The notes beneath the pieces were generated by a model. The model was not told the origin of the DNA. It was given only the letters and a program-made list of their open reading frames with translations, and ran no database searches. A stretch of DNA of 64,000 nt. Origin: Octopus vulgaris. Taxonomy: Eukaryota. The position numbers and the translations under genes were made by a program. The first letter of the stretch is position 1; every line of letters starts with the position of its first letter. Where the stretch lies: the NCBI GenBank assembly GCA_951406725.2, contig OX597814.1:85746001-85810000 (forward strand), in the 5' to 3' direction. Positions 24,770-37,737 of this stretch are shown here, in pieces.

Positions 24770-26700
24770 CAAAATAGGCAACAGGATATCAAGAGATAAT
24801 GCAATGCAATCACTACATCAATTTAAATGCAGGTTTATCCTCAGCTGCAGAAATAAATAGAATTTTTAATCGGTTGGACATATTAAGTAACTGTCTATAA
24901 AAGAGGCTGGGTAGGGGAAGACACCAAAATAATGTGTTAATTACCAGTTATAGGAGCAAGACGCTAAAAAAGCCTATGATGTTAATACAGAGGAAATTAT
25001 CATGGGGTACTATGGATGATTGTATATAAACAATATTGTTATGTTGTATAAAGATAAAACTTAAGATTACTAAAATGATATTATAACCAGAATAGATAAA
25101 ATATGTATATATACTAATTTTCAACATTAGAAAGGGAACTTTACATAGAATTAGTTTAATATCCATTCCTGTACTTAATTATTTACTTATAAGGTGGTTT
25201 CTATAGAGATTGCTTTGGGTATTTACTTATGGAATACTGGGGCGATAAATCGTGCTATCTTTATATTAATTATAAGCTAAGAATCAGAAAAAAAGTCGGT
25301 AAAAATAAGTTGTGCACAGATACACACACATATTTAACTATGTGCACACATGCAAATATACACAAATATTTGTAGTTTACTTAGATATGTGTATGTATCT
25401 GTGCACAACTTATTTTTACCGATTTTTTTTCTGATTCTTAGCTTATAATTAATACAAAGATAGCATGATTTATCACCCCAGTATTCCCTAAGTAAATACC
25501 CAAAGCAATCTTTATAGAAACCACCTTATAAGTAAATAATTAAGTACAGGAATGGATATTAAACTAATTCTATGTAAAGTTCCCTTTCTAATGTTGAAAA
25601 TTGGAATATATATACACATTTTATCTATTCTGGTTATAACATTTTTAGTAATCTTAAATTTTATCTTTATACAACATAACAATATTGTTTATATACAATC
25701 ATCCATAGTACCCCATGATAATTTCCTCTGTATTAACATCATAGGTTTTATTAGCGTCTTGTTGCTTTAACTGGTAATTAACATCTTGGTTTGGCGTCTT
25801 CCTCTACTCAGCCTCTTTTATAGACAGTTACTTATACAAATCTTAAAATCCTGACAATATTTATGACCATAGCTAACTATAAACTGTCAACTCACTCTCT
25901 TCTAAACAGACACTATCCTCTAGCCTTAGCTTTGGTAGTCGATAAAAAAAGACTAATAAATTAAAAATGAACCACAATCCTTTACAAGCTATGACCCTAA
26001 CAAACTTCATACAGTTCTTAGAAGTGTAGTATATTCTTAGCTACATTAGTAGCAACATGAACTCTTTCCCTCTTCTTGCTCTATTAGAGCGTTTGAGTAA
26101 AATTATATTAATGTGTCAAACTGATTAAAAATTCTATTTATTTCTGCAGCTGAGGATAGTCCTGCATTTAAATTGATGTAAGGACTGCATTGTTCAATTA
26201 AATGGAGCCGCTTGAAACGGTCGTAATGCATCACGTCTTGATATCCTTTGCTTATTTTGATTTTATTCACCGTATTTTGAGTTGTACGGGTGGTCCATGG
26301 TGTCCCGAAATAATTAATTATAAAACTTTTCTGGGTGGTGCTTTTGAGTTAGTCATGACCTGGGCCGATAATGGCCGAAACCAATCTAAGTTATCTAAGT
26401 TAACACCACATGGAAGGTTAATTTTCTTCGTTTCGTCCTCCCACTATTCTCTCTCTCCTCCACTCACTCTTTCTTTCTCTTTATTCCTCTCTTCCCACGT
26501 CACCTGTTTGATACCGGTTTAAACTTCTACCTGAAGATGGTAGATTCTATGTGAGGATGTAACATATGAATACATCAATAAAATTCTACCAAAACCACCG
26601 TCGTATATTTTAAATACCTTTTGACTTCATTTTTATATTAGCACCACACCTAGAAAAAGACCTAACTCGGATCTAACAGTTTAAATTGGATTTGTTACTT
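24768..26700. mobile_element. Head-to-head inverted Penelope-like tail with degenerate HHR motifs
   Basis: 24768-25330 is the reverse complement of ~25385-26260, with deletions in the left arm. HHR-like motifs at 26150-26222 (CTGAGGA..GAAACGGTC) and 26528-26605 (tac CTGAAGA T GGTAGA..TCTACC aAAA..TC gta). Confidence 0.7.
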
Positions 26701-27202
26701 ACATACATATACACATATATACAATATCCTACCGACACCTGGTACCTTCATGGTTGTTTTACCTCACAGTGAACGTTATGTTATTGTACCTAGCCATTTC
26801 TCTCAACCTACGTGTTGATGTGCCTAGATTCCATTGAATCCTATAACTAAGATGCTGAAGTATTGAAGCAGTTGTGCAATTGTACAGAATTTAAATTTAA
26901 TAATTTATAAATGAAAGGTATCAAACATAGCCAGCTGTGAGCTTCTCGAAAGAATGAACGAAGTTATTCTTGAAGACCGGATGAATGCTTAGCAAATAAT
27001 TCAGTAACAATTACAGATTATGGACTGGAATTAGATATTATTTACAATATTTACATTCAACGGATATTTGTCCTCATCATGTTTGTTGTTAACACAACGT
27101 ATCGGCTGATATACCCTCCAGCCTTCTTCAGGTGTCTTGGTGAAATTTCGAACCTGGGTTCTCATTCCTAAGGTATTTTGCGATGTTATTATTATTATTA
27201 TT

Positions 27203-27756
27203 GAGTGAGAGAGCAGTGCATGCCATCAAAGTGACACTGGGGTAAAATATACGAAGCCCAGTATACCCATCATGACTACCCATCTGATAAGGGTACACCA
27301 GGCACATGCATCACAATCATATGTGCGCGACATGATGATCTCATATCAAGATAAACAGCACATGATCTTGTAGGTGGGACCCAGTTAGAATTTTCTTCTG
27401 GTCGAGTAACCCATCCTGCTCAAAAAGTCCCTGAGTAAGTGTTGTTTAAGGATGTTGAACGAAACACCCATGTTTCCAGAGGTGAATTATTCAAACCCCA
27501 AAGAATCCCTCTCAACACATGGCTATGATACTCCCCCACTACTTCTGCTCGTGATCAGAGATGCACATATCATCAGCCACTAAGGGACATGCTCAACTGG
27601 TTAAGGTCAACCAACTGACAAGCAAATCTGTGGTATTGAGCAGAATATTTGCTGTAGCCCATCTTTTATACCAAGACAAAACAATGTACATGATAACACT
27701 TCCAATCAGTTAAGATCAGGAGCCATGAGAACCACTGCCTGGTACTGCATCAGGGC

Positions 27757-27760
<4 letters not shown>
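27203..27760 (-). mobile_element. ~560-bp non-coding insertion within (TAA)n (non-autonomous retroelement, orientation tentative)
   Basis: Interrupts the (ATT)n of the left arm and is absent from the right arm. No ORF. Confidence 0.6.
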
Positions 27761-27819
<59 letters not shown>

Positions 27820-27905
27820 TGTTATTGTTGTTGTTGTTGTTATTATTATTATTATTATCATTATTATTATTATTATTATTGTTATTACTGTTATTGTTGT
27901 TGTTG

Positions 27906-27945
<40 letters not shown>

Positions 27946-27977
27946 CATTATTATTGTTATTACTGTTATTGTTGTTG

Positions 27978-28008
<31 letters not shown>

Positions 28009-28188
28009 CATTATTTGTGTTCAGGTCACTGCTTGGAATCGAACTCGGAATCTTGGGGTTAGTAGCCCGCGCTCTTAACCACTACGTCATAAGCCCGGGC
28101 ATATGGCGTAGTGGTTAAGAGCTACTAACCCCAAGATTCCGAGTTCGATTCCAAGCTGACCTGAACACTAACAACAACAACAATAATG

Positions 28189-28285
<97 letters not shown>

Positions 28286-28335
28286 CATCGAAAAATACCT
28301 TAGGAATGAGAACCCAGGTTCGAAATTTCCCCAAG

Positions 28336-28379
28336 ACACCTGAAGAAGGCTGGAGGGTATATCAGCCGAAACGTTGTTT
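28336..28379 (+). ncRNA. Minimal type I hammerhead ribozyme
   Basis: acac CTGAAGA A GGCTG gagggtatat CAGCC GAAA CG TT gttt. The left-arm copy (27092-27135, minus) has gtgt in stem I but GAAA->GATA. Confidence 0.75.
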
Positions 28380-29052
28380 TAACAACAAACAAGATGAGGA
28401 CAAATATCCTTCGAATGTAAATAATGTACATAATTCCTCATCTTTTAGATATAGAACTGTGGAATTTAATAAATTATATTTTAGATTCAGTGACTAGAAA
28501 TCCAGACATTCGGCGGTACAAACTAATCCGTCGAGCAAAAACCAGTAAATGCAAGATTCAAATGCTCTAAAAGGTAAGACTAAAATTTTCTCCATCACCA
28601 TAAAATTGCAATTTTCATGAAAAGCGAGGTATTTTGAACTTTCGAAGATAAATATATCTAGCAGAAAACTCAGTTAATAAAGAACGCATTGGTGAATCGA
28701 TTGTACGAAATAAATTAGCAACTGCTCGCCAAACGGTTGGAACAAAACATGATTTTACCTTCCCCAAATAACGATAAACAACATCCTAATTTTAGACCAA
28801 ATACAGCAGAAAGGAGTAGTGAATCGTCGATGATGTTCAAAAACGGTCATGTTACAGTGGTGACATAGTCATCAAAAAATGTGATATGGAAAGTGCTGCA
28901 ATTATTATAACAAAGCATCGCATTAAGTTCACGCATCAATCAAAATTAATATATATGCACGTATATTAGAGCGGTGAATCTCGAAGCAAATAAAGCTATA
29001 AATAATATCCTTCTCGAAGTTTCTATATTCTTATGACATCAATAATGTGTGT

Positions 29053-29131
<79 letters not shown>

Positions 29132-29977
29132 TGCGTGTGTGTGTATGTGTGTGTGTGTGTGTGTAGACCTAATAGGATTGAACACAGAGCTTTCGACAGA
29201 AATAAAACAATGAAATCCAGAATGATGATGTCGTTTCAAAGTTTATGGGTACTGAGCATGTTTTTTTAGACAGGTTCTTCGCATATAGTTTTTTCCCTTT
29301 TTCTTTTGGGCGGATGGAGCCTCTCTGTACCTCGAACCGATGTAGCAGTTAAAACCGCCTTCTCGTAGGCCTTAATCAAAGGCATTTCAACCGTATCCTA
29401 CCCAAGCCCACGTTATCCCATGTGTTTTATTTATTTATTTATTTATTTATTTACCAAGAACCAAGTAGACGGCTGACTTGAGGAGAATTTGGTTGCTATT
29501 TCTATCTAACATCTCGAATGACCACCTAAAAGCTCTAGTCTCTATAGCTTGTTCGAAGTTAAGCAATGATATATGCATGTAGAAGCAGCGGGGTATTGGT
29601 TACTGTATAAGTGATGGACTGTAAATATATAAGAGGAGCTGCCTAATAACTCCTCTTCACTAACGTCCACCCTCGTCATCATTTAACGAGGACTTGATAA
29701 GATTATCTCAACACGTTTTCTATAGAAATTATAGCCAGTACTGATTTTGTTACGACGCTTCGCATCCGAGGTGCCTGATGTAAAAAATCAACGCGATCGA
29801 GGATGAAAAATGGGTAATGGGAGTATATGACATATTTCAGGAGTTTTGCTCCTTCATTAGCTGTAACGATAAACTTAACAATTGATGTAATAGCACTGCT
29901 AACACAGTAGAACACAGTATTGACTTATAAAAACGTTCAACATACTTTGTAGTATAATATGATTATATAACAAAATA

Positions 29978-30211
29978 GAAGGCGGCGAGCTGGCAGAATC
30001 GTTAGCACGCCGGGCGAAATGCTTCGCGGTATTTCGTCCGCCGCTGCGTTCTGAGTTCAAATTCCGCCGAGGTCGACTTTGCCTTTCATCCTTTCGGGGT
30101 CGATAAATTAAGCACCAGTTACGCACTGGGGTCGATGTAATCGACTTAATACCTATGTCTGTCCTTGTTTGTCCCCTCTATGTTTAGCCCCTTGTGGGTA
30201 GTAAAGAAATA
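29978..30211 (+). mobile_element. SINE family B, full-length, with 14-bp TSD
   Basis: tatataacaaaata at 29964-29977 and 30212-30225. tRNA-like head with gagttcaaattcc B box. Confidence 0.92.
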
Positions 30212-30269
30212 TATATAACAAAATACGGTGTGCCTCCGTCATTACACGTCATTAATAGTCACGAAGACT

Positions 30270-30465
30270 AAGGCCGTGAGCTGGCAGAATCGTTAGCACG
30301 CCGGGCAAAACGCTTAACAGCATTTCTTCCATCTTTATGTTCTGAGTTCAAATTACGCCGAGTTTAACTTTAAACAAGTACCGGTTGAGTAATGGAGTCG
30401 ATGCAATCGACTTACTCACTCCCTCAAAATTGCTAGCTTCGTCCCAAAATTTGGAATCGATATTA
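30270..30465 (+). mobile_element. SINE family B, older copy
   Basis: aaggccgtgagctggcagaatcgttagcacgccggg..gagttcaaatt. Confidence 0.8.
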
Positions 30466-31022
30466 AGGAAGATTCTATCATCAGTCTTTTAGAAACACAC
30501 CGCACACTTTGTTGTGTATAGTAACTACCTACCTCCCTTTCTTTTCTTCTGTTTTTCTCTTTTTTTTTTTTCTTCTCTTCCACTTCAGCTTAACATTTAC
30601 CGCTTTAACTACCATATTACATCTCACTCACTGCTGCTTTAAACTTTAGATTCACTTTCGGTTATCAAAGCGATTGATGGAAGGGCGGGACAAGGATGGA
30701 AGGGGAGGTAAGTGTTGAGTGAAGAAGCAGCTTTTTAATCTATTGTTTAGCTTAATTTGTGACCTGCTGTGGCTAGGCGTGGTGGTATTAGTGTTAGTGT
30801 TGGTGTTGTTGTTTTTAGTGGTGGTGGTGGTGGTGGTGGTGGTGGTTTCGACGAGAGATGGTGAAGTGTACGGTGAGTGGCGGTATAAGAGTGAGAAGCA
30901 AACTGAGGTGCGTGTGTGTGTATGCGCGAGTGTGTGTGTGTGCGTGTGTGTGTGTGAGACAGAGAGAGGGGGAGAAAGAAAGGACGATAGAAAATATAAT
31001 GCAAGTCATATATAAATGTATT

Positions 31023-31062
<40 letters not shown>

Positions 31063-31184
31063 AAAACAAACAAACAAGACACAACACACCCACACATATG
31101 CATATATATGTATATTTGTAGATATTTTATGCATACACACACACACATACACACATACACATATATATATATATTCTTTTATTC

Positions 31185-31600
31185 TTTCTTCTAGCCATTG
31201 TTTCAGTCATTTGACTGCGGCCATGCTGGAGCCCGGCCTTAAAGGGTTTTAGTCGAACAAATCGACCCAGGACTTACGCTTTGTAAGCGTAGTATTTATT
31301 CTATCGGTTGTGAAGCGATGGCAGGGGTGAACAAACACACATATACATATATACAAAAATACACACACACATATACACACAGACACACACACACACACAC
31401 ACGCACTCACACATATATATATACTCACACACAACATGCGTCTTTCAGTTTCCTTCAACCTAATCCGTTCACAAGTGTTTGGTCTGCCCGAGGCTATATA
31501 GCAGAGGACACACTTGCCCAAGGTGTCACGTAGTGGAACTGAACATGGAACCATGTGGTTGGGGACCAAGTTCTTTACCACACAGCTATCCCTGCACCCA
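31185..31600 (-). mobile_element. SINE family A
   Basis: Same head and body as 41793-42225, inverted. Confidence 0.85.
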
Positions 31601-31990
31601 TATATATATATATATATATATATAAATGTACATATATATGCATATCTATACACGTATATATACACACAGGCGTGTGTATGTGTGTAGTGAAAGTAGATAA
31701 GAGAGATAATATGAAAAGAGACAAGGAAACGGCATCAGATGTAATGAGAGATCTACGTTTTTCGGAGAAAAAAAAGATCTGGGTGAAGGAAAGATGAAGA
31801 TAAAGGATAAGATGATGATGATAATGATGATGTGAGGAGGAGGAGGAGGAGGAGGATGCGGAGGTGAAGGAGGAGAAGGAGGAGGAAGGATACTCTTCAT
31901 GTAAAAAGAGGGGGAAAGAAGTATTCAAATGATAGACAGACAGGCAGATAGACAGACAGACAGACTGATATATAGATAGACAGTTGGATC

Positions 31991-32069
<79 letters not shown>

Positions 32070-33317
32070 GAAAACAGACGAAACGTTTCCCAAATATACA
32101 GAAAACAAACGAAGAAATTAATAGAGAAAAAAATTGCTTTGTTCTTACACATTTTCTTTAAATTCACGCCCTTCTGATTTTGCCATTCTTTGCACCAACT
32201 CTTCCTCTTTTTTCTTTCTTTCCCTTTCTATCTTTCTCCCCATCCTAACTAAAGTTACTCCTCCATTCAATATGTCACCTTCTTTGAAATACCACCCCCT
32301 GTCTTTCCTCTCCTTCTCTGTCTTGTCTTTCATATCCACGTTTAACCCACCCATCCCCATCTGACATCTTTTAATTTCACGTTAGAGTTCAGTTTTGTTT
32401 ATTTATATTATTTATGTTCCCCTCTGACTTGCCGATTTTTTGGGGGTTAACCAGGCGTAGTTTGAAATGCAACTTGAGGACTCTCGCCAATTATAAAGGG
32501 CAGCAAGTCAGGAGTTTTCCGCTTCTCCGAACCAACAAGCACAACAAGCATACAGACCGACCGCCTGACACCAACGCTGACAGACACCATATTTGTGTGT
32601 GTGTATGTGTGAGTGTGTGTGTGAGAGACAGTGAATGTGTATGTATGTGTGCGTGTGAGTGTGTGTGTGTGTATGCCTGTGTGAGTATGTATGTGCGTGC
32701 ACGCGTGTATATCTATGTATGGACACACTGTCACACATACATACGCACACACACACATACACGCGTGCACATTTACGCACACATACATGCGTACGCACAC
32801 GTATACGCGCACACTCATACCCGCGCACACAGTCACACGAAACAACTGCTAGCACAAATACAAAGAAGATAATTTCAAGATTGTTTGTTAAGAATTAAAA
32901 ATTGTTTCTATCTTTCTTTTGTTCTTGCCGATAATTAGAATTTAGCGAGAATACAACACTTCATGGTTCCTGCGGCTACCCAAAAGAATCTACACGAACA
33001 ATGCAAGCTTCTGCGTGGTCGTTCAACTTACTAGAAATAGCAACATTTCAGTTAAGTCACGCTCTGGGGTGTCTTTTTAAAAAGTAATATTAGTTAATGT
33101 ATACTTACACGATACAGGATGCCAAGAATGAAAAAGACAGGGTCGTTTTGGATTCAACGCTTTTGATTAAGACTAACCAAAGCCTAAACATCAGCAATGC
33201 CTATTTTAAAGTCGAAGTCCTGGCTGTTATGATTGTAAAATTTACCACATCCGAGAGAGGTCAACCAACATGAATAAATAAGGAAATACACAGAAAAATA
33301 TTATTCATTGGTCTTAC

Positions 33318-33376
33318 CTGAAGAGCCACTACATCCACTTTCATGACGCAGTGTGTTTATCAAGGTGTTGACAGCT
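33318..33376 (-). other. Candidate 59-nt host exon
   Basis: Minus strand ttattacag| ... cag|gtaaga; open frame AVNTLINTLRHESGCSGSS. Lies in non-repetitive-looking DNA. Confidence 0.25.
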
Positions 33377-34059
33377 CTGTAATAACGTCAAGAGGATTCA
33401 CTACCTTTCTAAAGACATAACCTTACAACTTATAGTGCACTATTTATTCTAGTGAAGCTGTTTAATACCTTACAATCTCAGTTATTAATTGGGAGGGCTT
33501 ATTTGAAGGCGGTTATGAATTTACTTCCAATGAATTAGGGGCACGTGTCAACATGACAGCCTCATTTAAGAAAGGATTACTTAAGAAAGGATTACATATC
33601 ACAATATATAACCTTTTTTTTAAAAAAGTTCAGGATATATTAGATAATGTGCTTATATATACTTGAAAAACAAAACTTAATATAAAATTTTAAATATAAT
33701 GATAAAGGCAAATTGACCGGAGGTCGTGAATATTTCTTGAGAAATCAATAAGAGAATGTTTATGGAAAAGTGCTTCGAAACCAAGATTAAATATTTTTAT
33801 TTGTACCATCATGACTGATGTACATGGTTATGATATTAAGTACCGATGAGGAAATAAAAACAAAAGAATAAAGGTAAATTCGGATTTTCAGGCAAAGAAA
33901 GTGATTAGCTAACATGCACTTTGCAAATCGTGGACTGAGAAATAAAAACATTTCAAAGATTTAACTTGTAACCATTTACCATTGTTGTTATCTAAATTCT
34001 AGCGTGAAAGCTGTTTTGTTGTTTTAACTCAGCCCCTTCTTTATGCGACGAATTCAGAG

Positions 34060-34300
34060 AATCTATATTCACAAGCAACTGGCTGGTCACGTGCCACCTA
34101 TGTTGTTCAGGCATTCCAATGTCATTCGTCACTCCTTCTCATGTCACCTATAATTCTCCTCATGGGATCCACACTAGCCACTGCACCTCGTCCTGGCTTC
34201 CCACAGTGACAACCTTCTGGAATTCTTTCCTATACGTTTTTTTTTTCTGCAGCCGTCGACTTGCAGCTATTCAGCATAAATGTTATTGATCTGGGATACT
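34060..34300 (+). mobile_element. CR1/Jockey-group LINE 3'-end remnant
   Basis: Translates as QLAGHVPP..HTSHCTSSWLPTVTTFWNSF..VDLQLF.INV, resembling the C-terminal SFxPRTxxLWNxLP..DLxxFKxxV motif. Confidence 0.55.
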
Positions 34301-34409
34301 TTTAAAGATATTTGGAAATACAAACACCACAGATTAAAAAAAAAAACAGGAAAAAGAAAAAAACCATCTGGCTTCACCTATCAGTTACCAAGACCGTGTA
34401 GAAACCTCC

Positions 34410-34600
34410 TGTGAAGGTGCATGGCCTAATGGTCTCAGTGTCGCACTCATGATCACGAGATCGTCGTTTCAATTCCTGGATCAGATAGTGCGTTGTGTTC
34501 ATCTCGCGTTGCTCTGCGCTCACTTCGATACCTGACGTGTGGTAAACTGTGCACCTGTTCAGGCAACGTCGGTGGAAGGGAGCAGCACATACATTCGATC
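34410..34600 (+). mobile_element. tRNA-headed SINE, family C, degenerate
   Basis: ggtgcatggcctaatggt...gtttcaattcc head; a related inverted head lies at 48790-48900. Confidence 0.6.
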
Positions 34601-35532
34601 ACTATTTGTGCATGTTGATCATGTGGAGATGAGGTGAACCAGGAAGAAAGAGTCACTGACGTCAATGACTGAGGGGCCCTACAGGAAGAGGAAGAGTGAG
34701 CGAGGCCATGTAGACGGAGGTAGGACCAGCGTGAGCCTTATTAGCCTTGGGCAGTGGCAGCAGACGGACGCGTGTAGATGTTCAAGCTAGAAAGGGAATT
34801 TGCCGTAGGTACTAGTGATAGGTAAGATGAGCAAGGCGCATCTCGGATTTAACCAAGTTGGATAGTCAACATTGTGAGGTAGGTGAATCGCAATTTGTTC
34901 CTCATGTTACACTTCCTCGTATTACAGTTCAGCAAGAAATTACAGAGCTGTCTTTCTCGAACTACGAGGGACTACCATCACAGAAACCTCCTAACATAAA
35001 TAAAATTCCGTAAACCGCAAGCACCAAATTGGCGGGAAAATTTATACCAGTAGCATTAGAAACACTGTTATTCTGATAGCTCAAATCATTAGAAGCAACG
35101 ACACTCCTACAAACAAGCTATTTTATCTAGATTAAATAAACAAGACTTACTTGCTAAAACTGTATCAACTACATACCTTGTTCACCCAAGAAGAGTCTCA
35201 CAAAGACACTAAGATGCCGACCGAAAGAATTATTTTTAGACTGTAATGAGAGAACTATATGGGACTCAAGGAAACTATGATCAATTTCAGTTACAGTCAG
35301 CGGATCAACTCCGTCAAATTCAGAAACTCACTCGTATATATAAAGTTTATGCATCATAGAGTGTGTAACAGTTGATGTCCTTCATCCAGAATTAGCTAGT
35401 ATTTTTACACGATTAAACATTTAATCCCATACTTCCGGGTAAAGTGCTAACCTGTTCAGGAAAGACAAGTCGTTTATAATGAAAGGGATGAGACATGATT
35501 ACACTGTTAGTAGACAGTTAAATAGACAAACT

Positions 35533-35614
<82 letters not shown>

Positions 35615-35965
35615 GCGTATGTATGAGAGAGAAGGCAGTACAGAGAGATATACGAAAGAAAGACAATATGTAGAAGCAGAATGTAAAAGAAGTGACAGTA
35701 ATACAAGGAAACAGAAGGCATTTCAGCTGAGAGTTTGCTCTCCTAGCTAAACAAGATGAATCACTTAAATGTGATGCAAGAATGCAAGAATCTATTCGAT
35801 TCGCAATGGCGAAGTTATGTTATGACATAGTCTCAACATACTCATTCATTAACACACACACACACATTCTATCTTTTACTCTCTTTCGTTCTCTCTCTAG
35901 ATCGCAACCACCTTAATGGGATCAATTTATCATTCATTACGAATCTACCTAAGTTCACTCGATGA

Positions 35966-36013
<48 letters not shown>

Positions 36014-36199
36014 CCATGTGTCCGTGTTAATTAGATTTATCCTGAATCCGCACAGACCTGCAATGATGTCACAATTTCGGAGCCAGAAAATACCTAAGCT
36101 CTAAACAATTGCTGAACCTTTTGCAGAAGCACAACTCTGATATACACTGCAGAACCTGCTGCTCTTACTCTCAGACAGTCCAGCTTACGATACATATAA

Positions 36200-36417
36200 A
36201 ATATTGGTTTCAAATTTTGGCACAAGACCAGTAATTTCGGGTGAGGGGTAAGTCGATTACATCGACCCAGTTCTCAACTAGCACTTATTATGTCGACCCC
36301 GAAAGGATTAAAGACAAAGACGACCTCAGCAGAATTTGAACTCAGAACGTAAAGACGGACGAAATGCTGCGAAGTATTTTACTCGGCGTGCTAACGGTTC
36401 TACCACCTCGCTGCCTT
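36200..36417 (-). mobile_element. SINE family B
   Basis: Inverse match to 29978-30150. Confidence 0.85.
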
Positions 36418-37231
36418 ATGATACATATAAAATATTAAATAATAATACAACCCCTGGCGTTGCCACCATTACCATCACCACCACTGTTGTTATATCGTAA
36501 GGATCATCACTATAATCAGCAGCAGCAGCAGCAGCATCGTCATCGTCGTCGTCGTCGTCAGTGTCATCATCATGCGCGTGTGTGTGTATGCGTGTGCGTG
36601 CATGCGTGTATGTATGCATGTATGTATGTATGCATGTACGTATGCATGTATGTATAATGTATGTCATTATTCAGTTCTATTTCAAGATTTATTGCCAATA
36701 GAGAAAGAGTCGGTCTCTAACCTAGATCCAAGGCTCCTTCATTGGAATTTCAACATCAACAGGATAAATTTGTATGTATGTATGTATGTATGTATGTATG
36801 TATGTATGTATGTATGTATGTATGTATGTATGTATGCATGTATGTATGTATGTATGTATGTATGTATGTATGTATGTATGTATGTATGCATGTATGTATG
36901 TATGCATGTATGTATGTATGTATGCATGTATGTATGCATGTATATATGTATGTATAAATGTATATGTGCAGATTTGTATGTTTTGTTTTAAGTATGTATT
37001 GTCATGCATATCGTTGCATATCTAGACATGCTGATATATACTTTAATGATAAACTTCTGGAAAGTATTACAGATTTTGTATGTATGTATGTATGTATGTA
37101 TGTATGTATGTATGTATGTACGTATGCATGCATGCATGCATGTATGTATGTATGTATGTATGTATGTATGTATGTATGTATGTATGTATGAGGTTCGAGG
37201 ATTCAGAGGAGGTGAGTAAAAGCCGCGATGA

Positions 37232-37291
<60 letters not shown>

Positions 37292-37568
37292 AGAGCGAGT
37301 TAATTGTTGTGAATTTATATGTGCAAAGAAAAGTGAATGGTTGTGAACAGGTTTATAATCGGCGCTAGTGATCAATTTAAACAGGATCGGCTAAACATAA
37401 GGGCAACGAATAATTACAGGTTCTTTAGGTAGTTTAGAAAGCGGGAACAAAACTTGACTTAAACAAAACTTGACTTAAACAGGATTCGAATAATCCTATC
37501 AGGTGGTGCTATTAAGTTAGACATGGCCTGGACCAATCTTTGGTCGAAACATATCTAAGTTTATCTAA

Positions 37569-37611
<43 letters not shown>

Positions 37612-37692
37612 TAGATAGATAGATAGATATATAAATACATACGTATATACACACACTGATATATATATATATATATATATACATACAAACCT

Positions 37693-37737
<45 letters not shown>

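Larger units (their letters stand above)
27027..28460. mobile_element. Head-to-head pair of tRNA-headed, (AAT)n-containing, HHR-tailed SINE-like elements
   Basis: Dyad centre gcccgggc at 28093-28100. Head tggcgtagtggttaag..gagttcgattcc (A/B boxes). HHR in both tails. Confidence 0.85.

Noticed and set aside
24948-25770. Two similar 72-aa hydrophobic ORFs on opposite strands
   Set aside because: A by-product of the inverted duplication of AT-rich sequence.
26340-26395. Third HHR-like motif (ccgataatggccgaaaccaatc)
   Set aside because: Too many core mismatches and no clear stems.
28100-28165. Possible tRNA gene
   Set aside because: It is the head of a repeat, lacks a proper acceptor stem, and this arm has internal deletions; treated as a SINE head.
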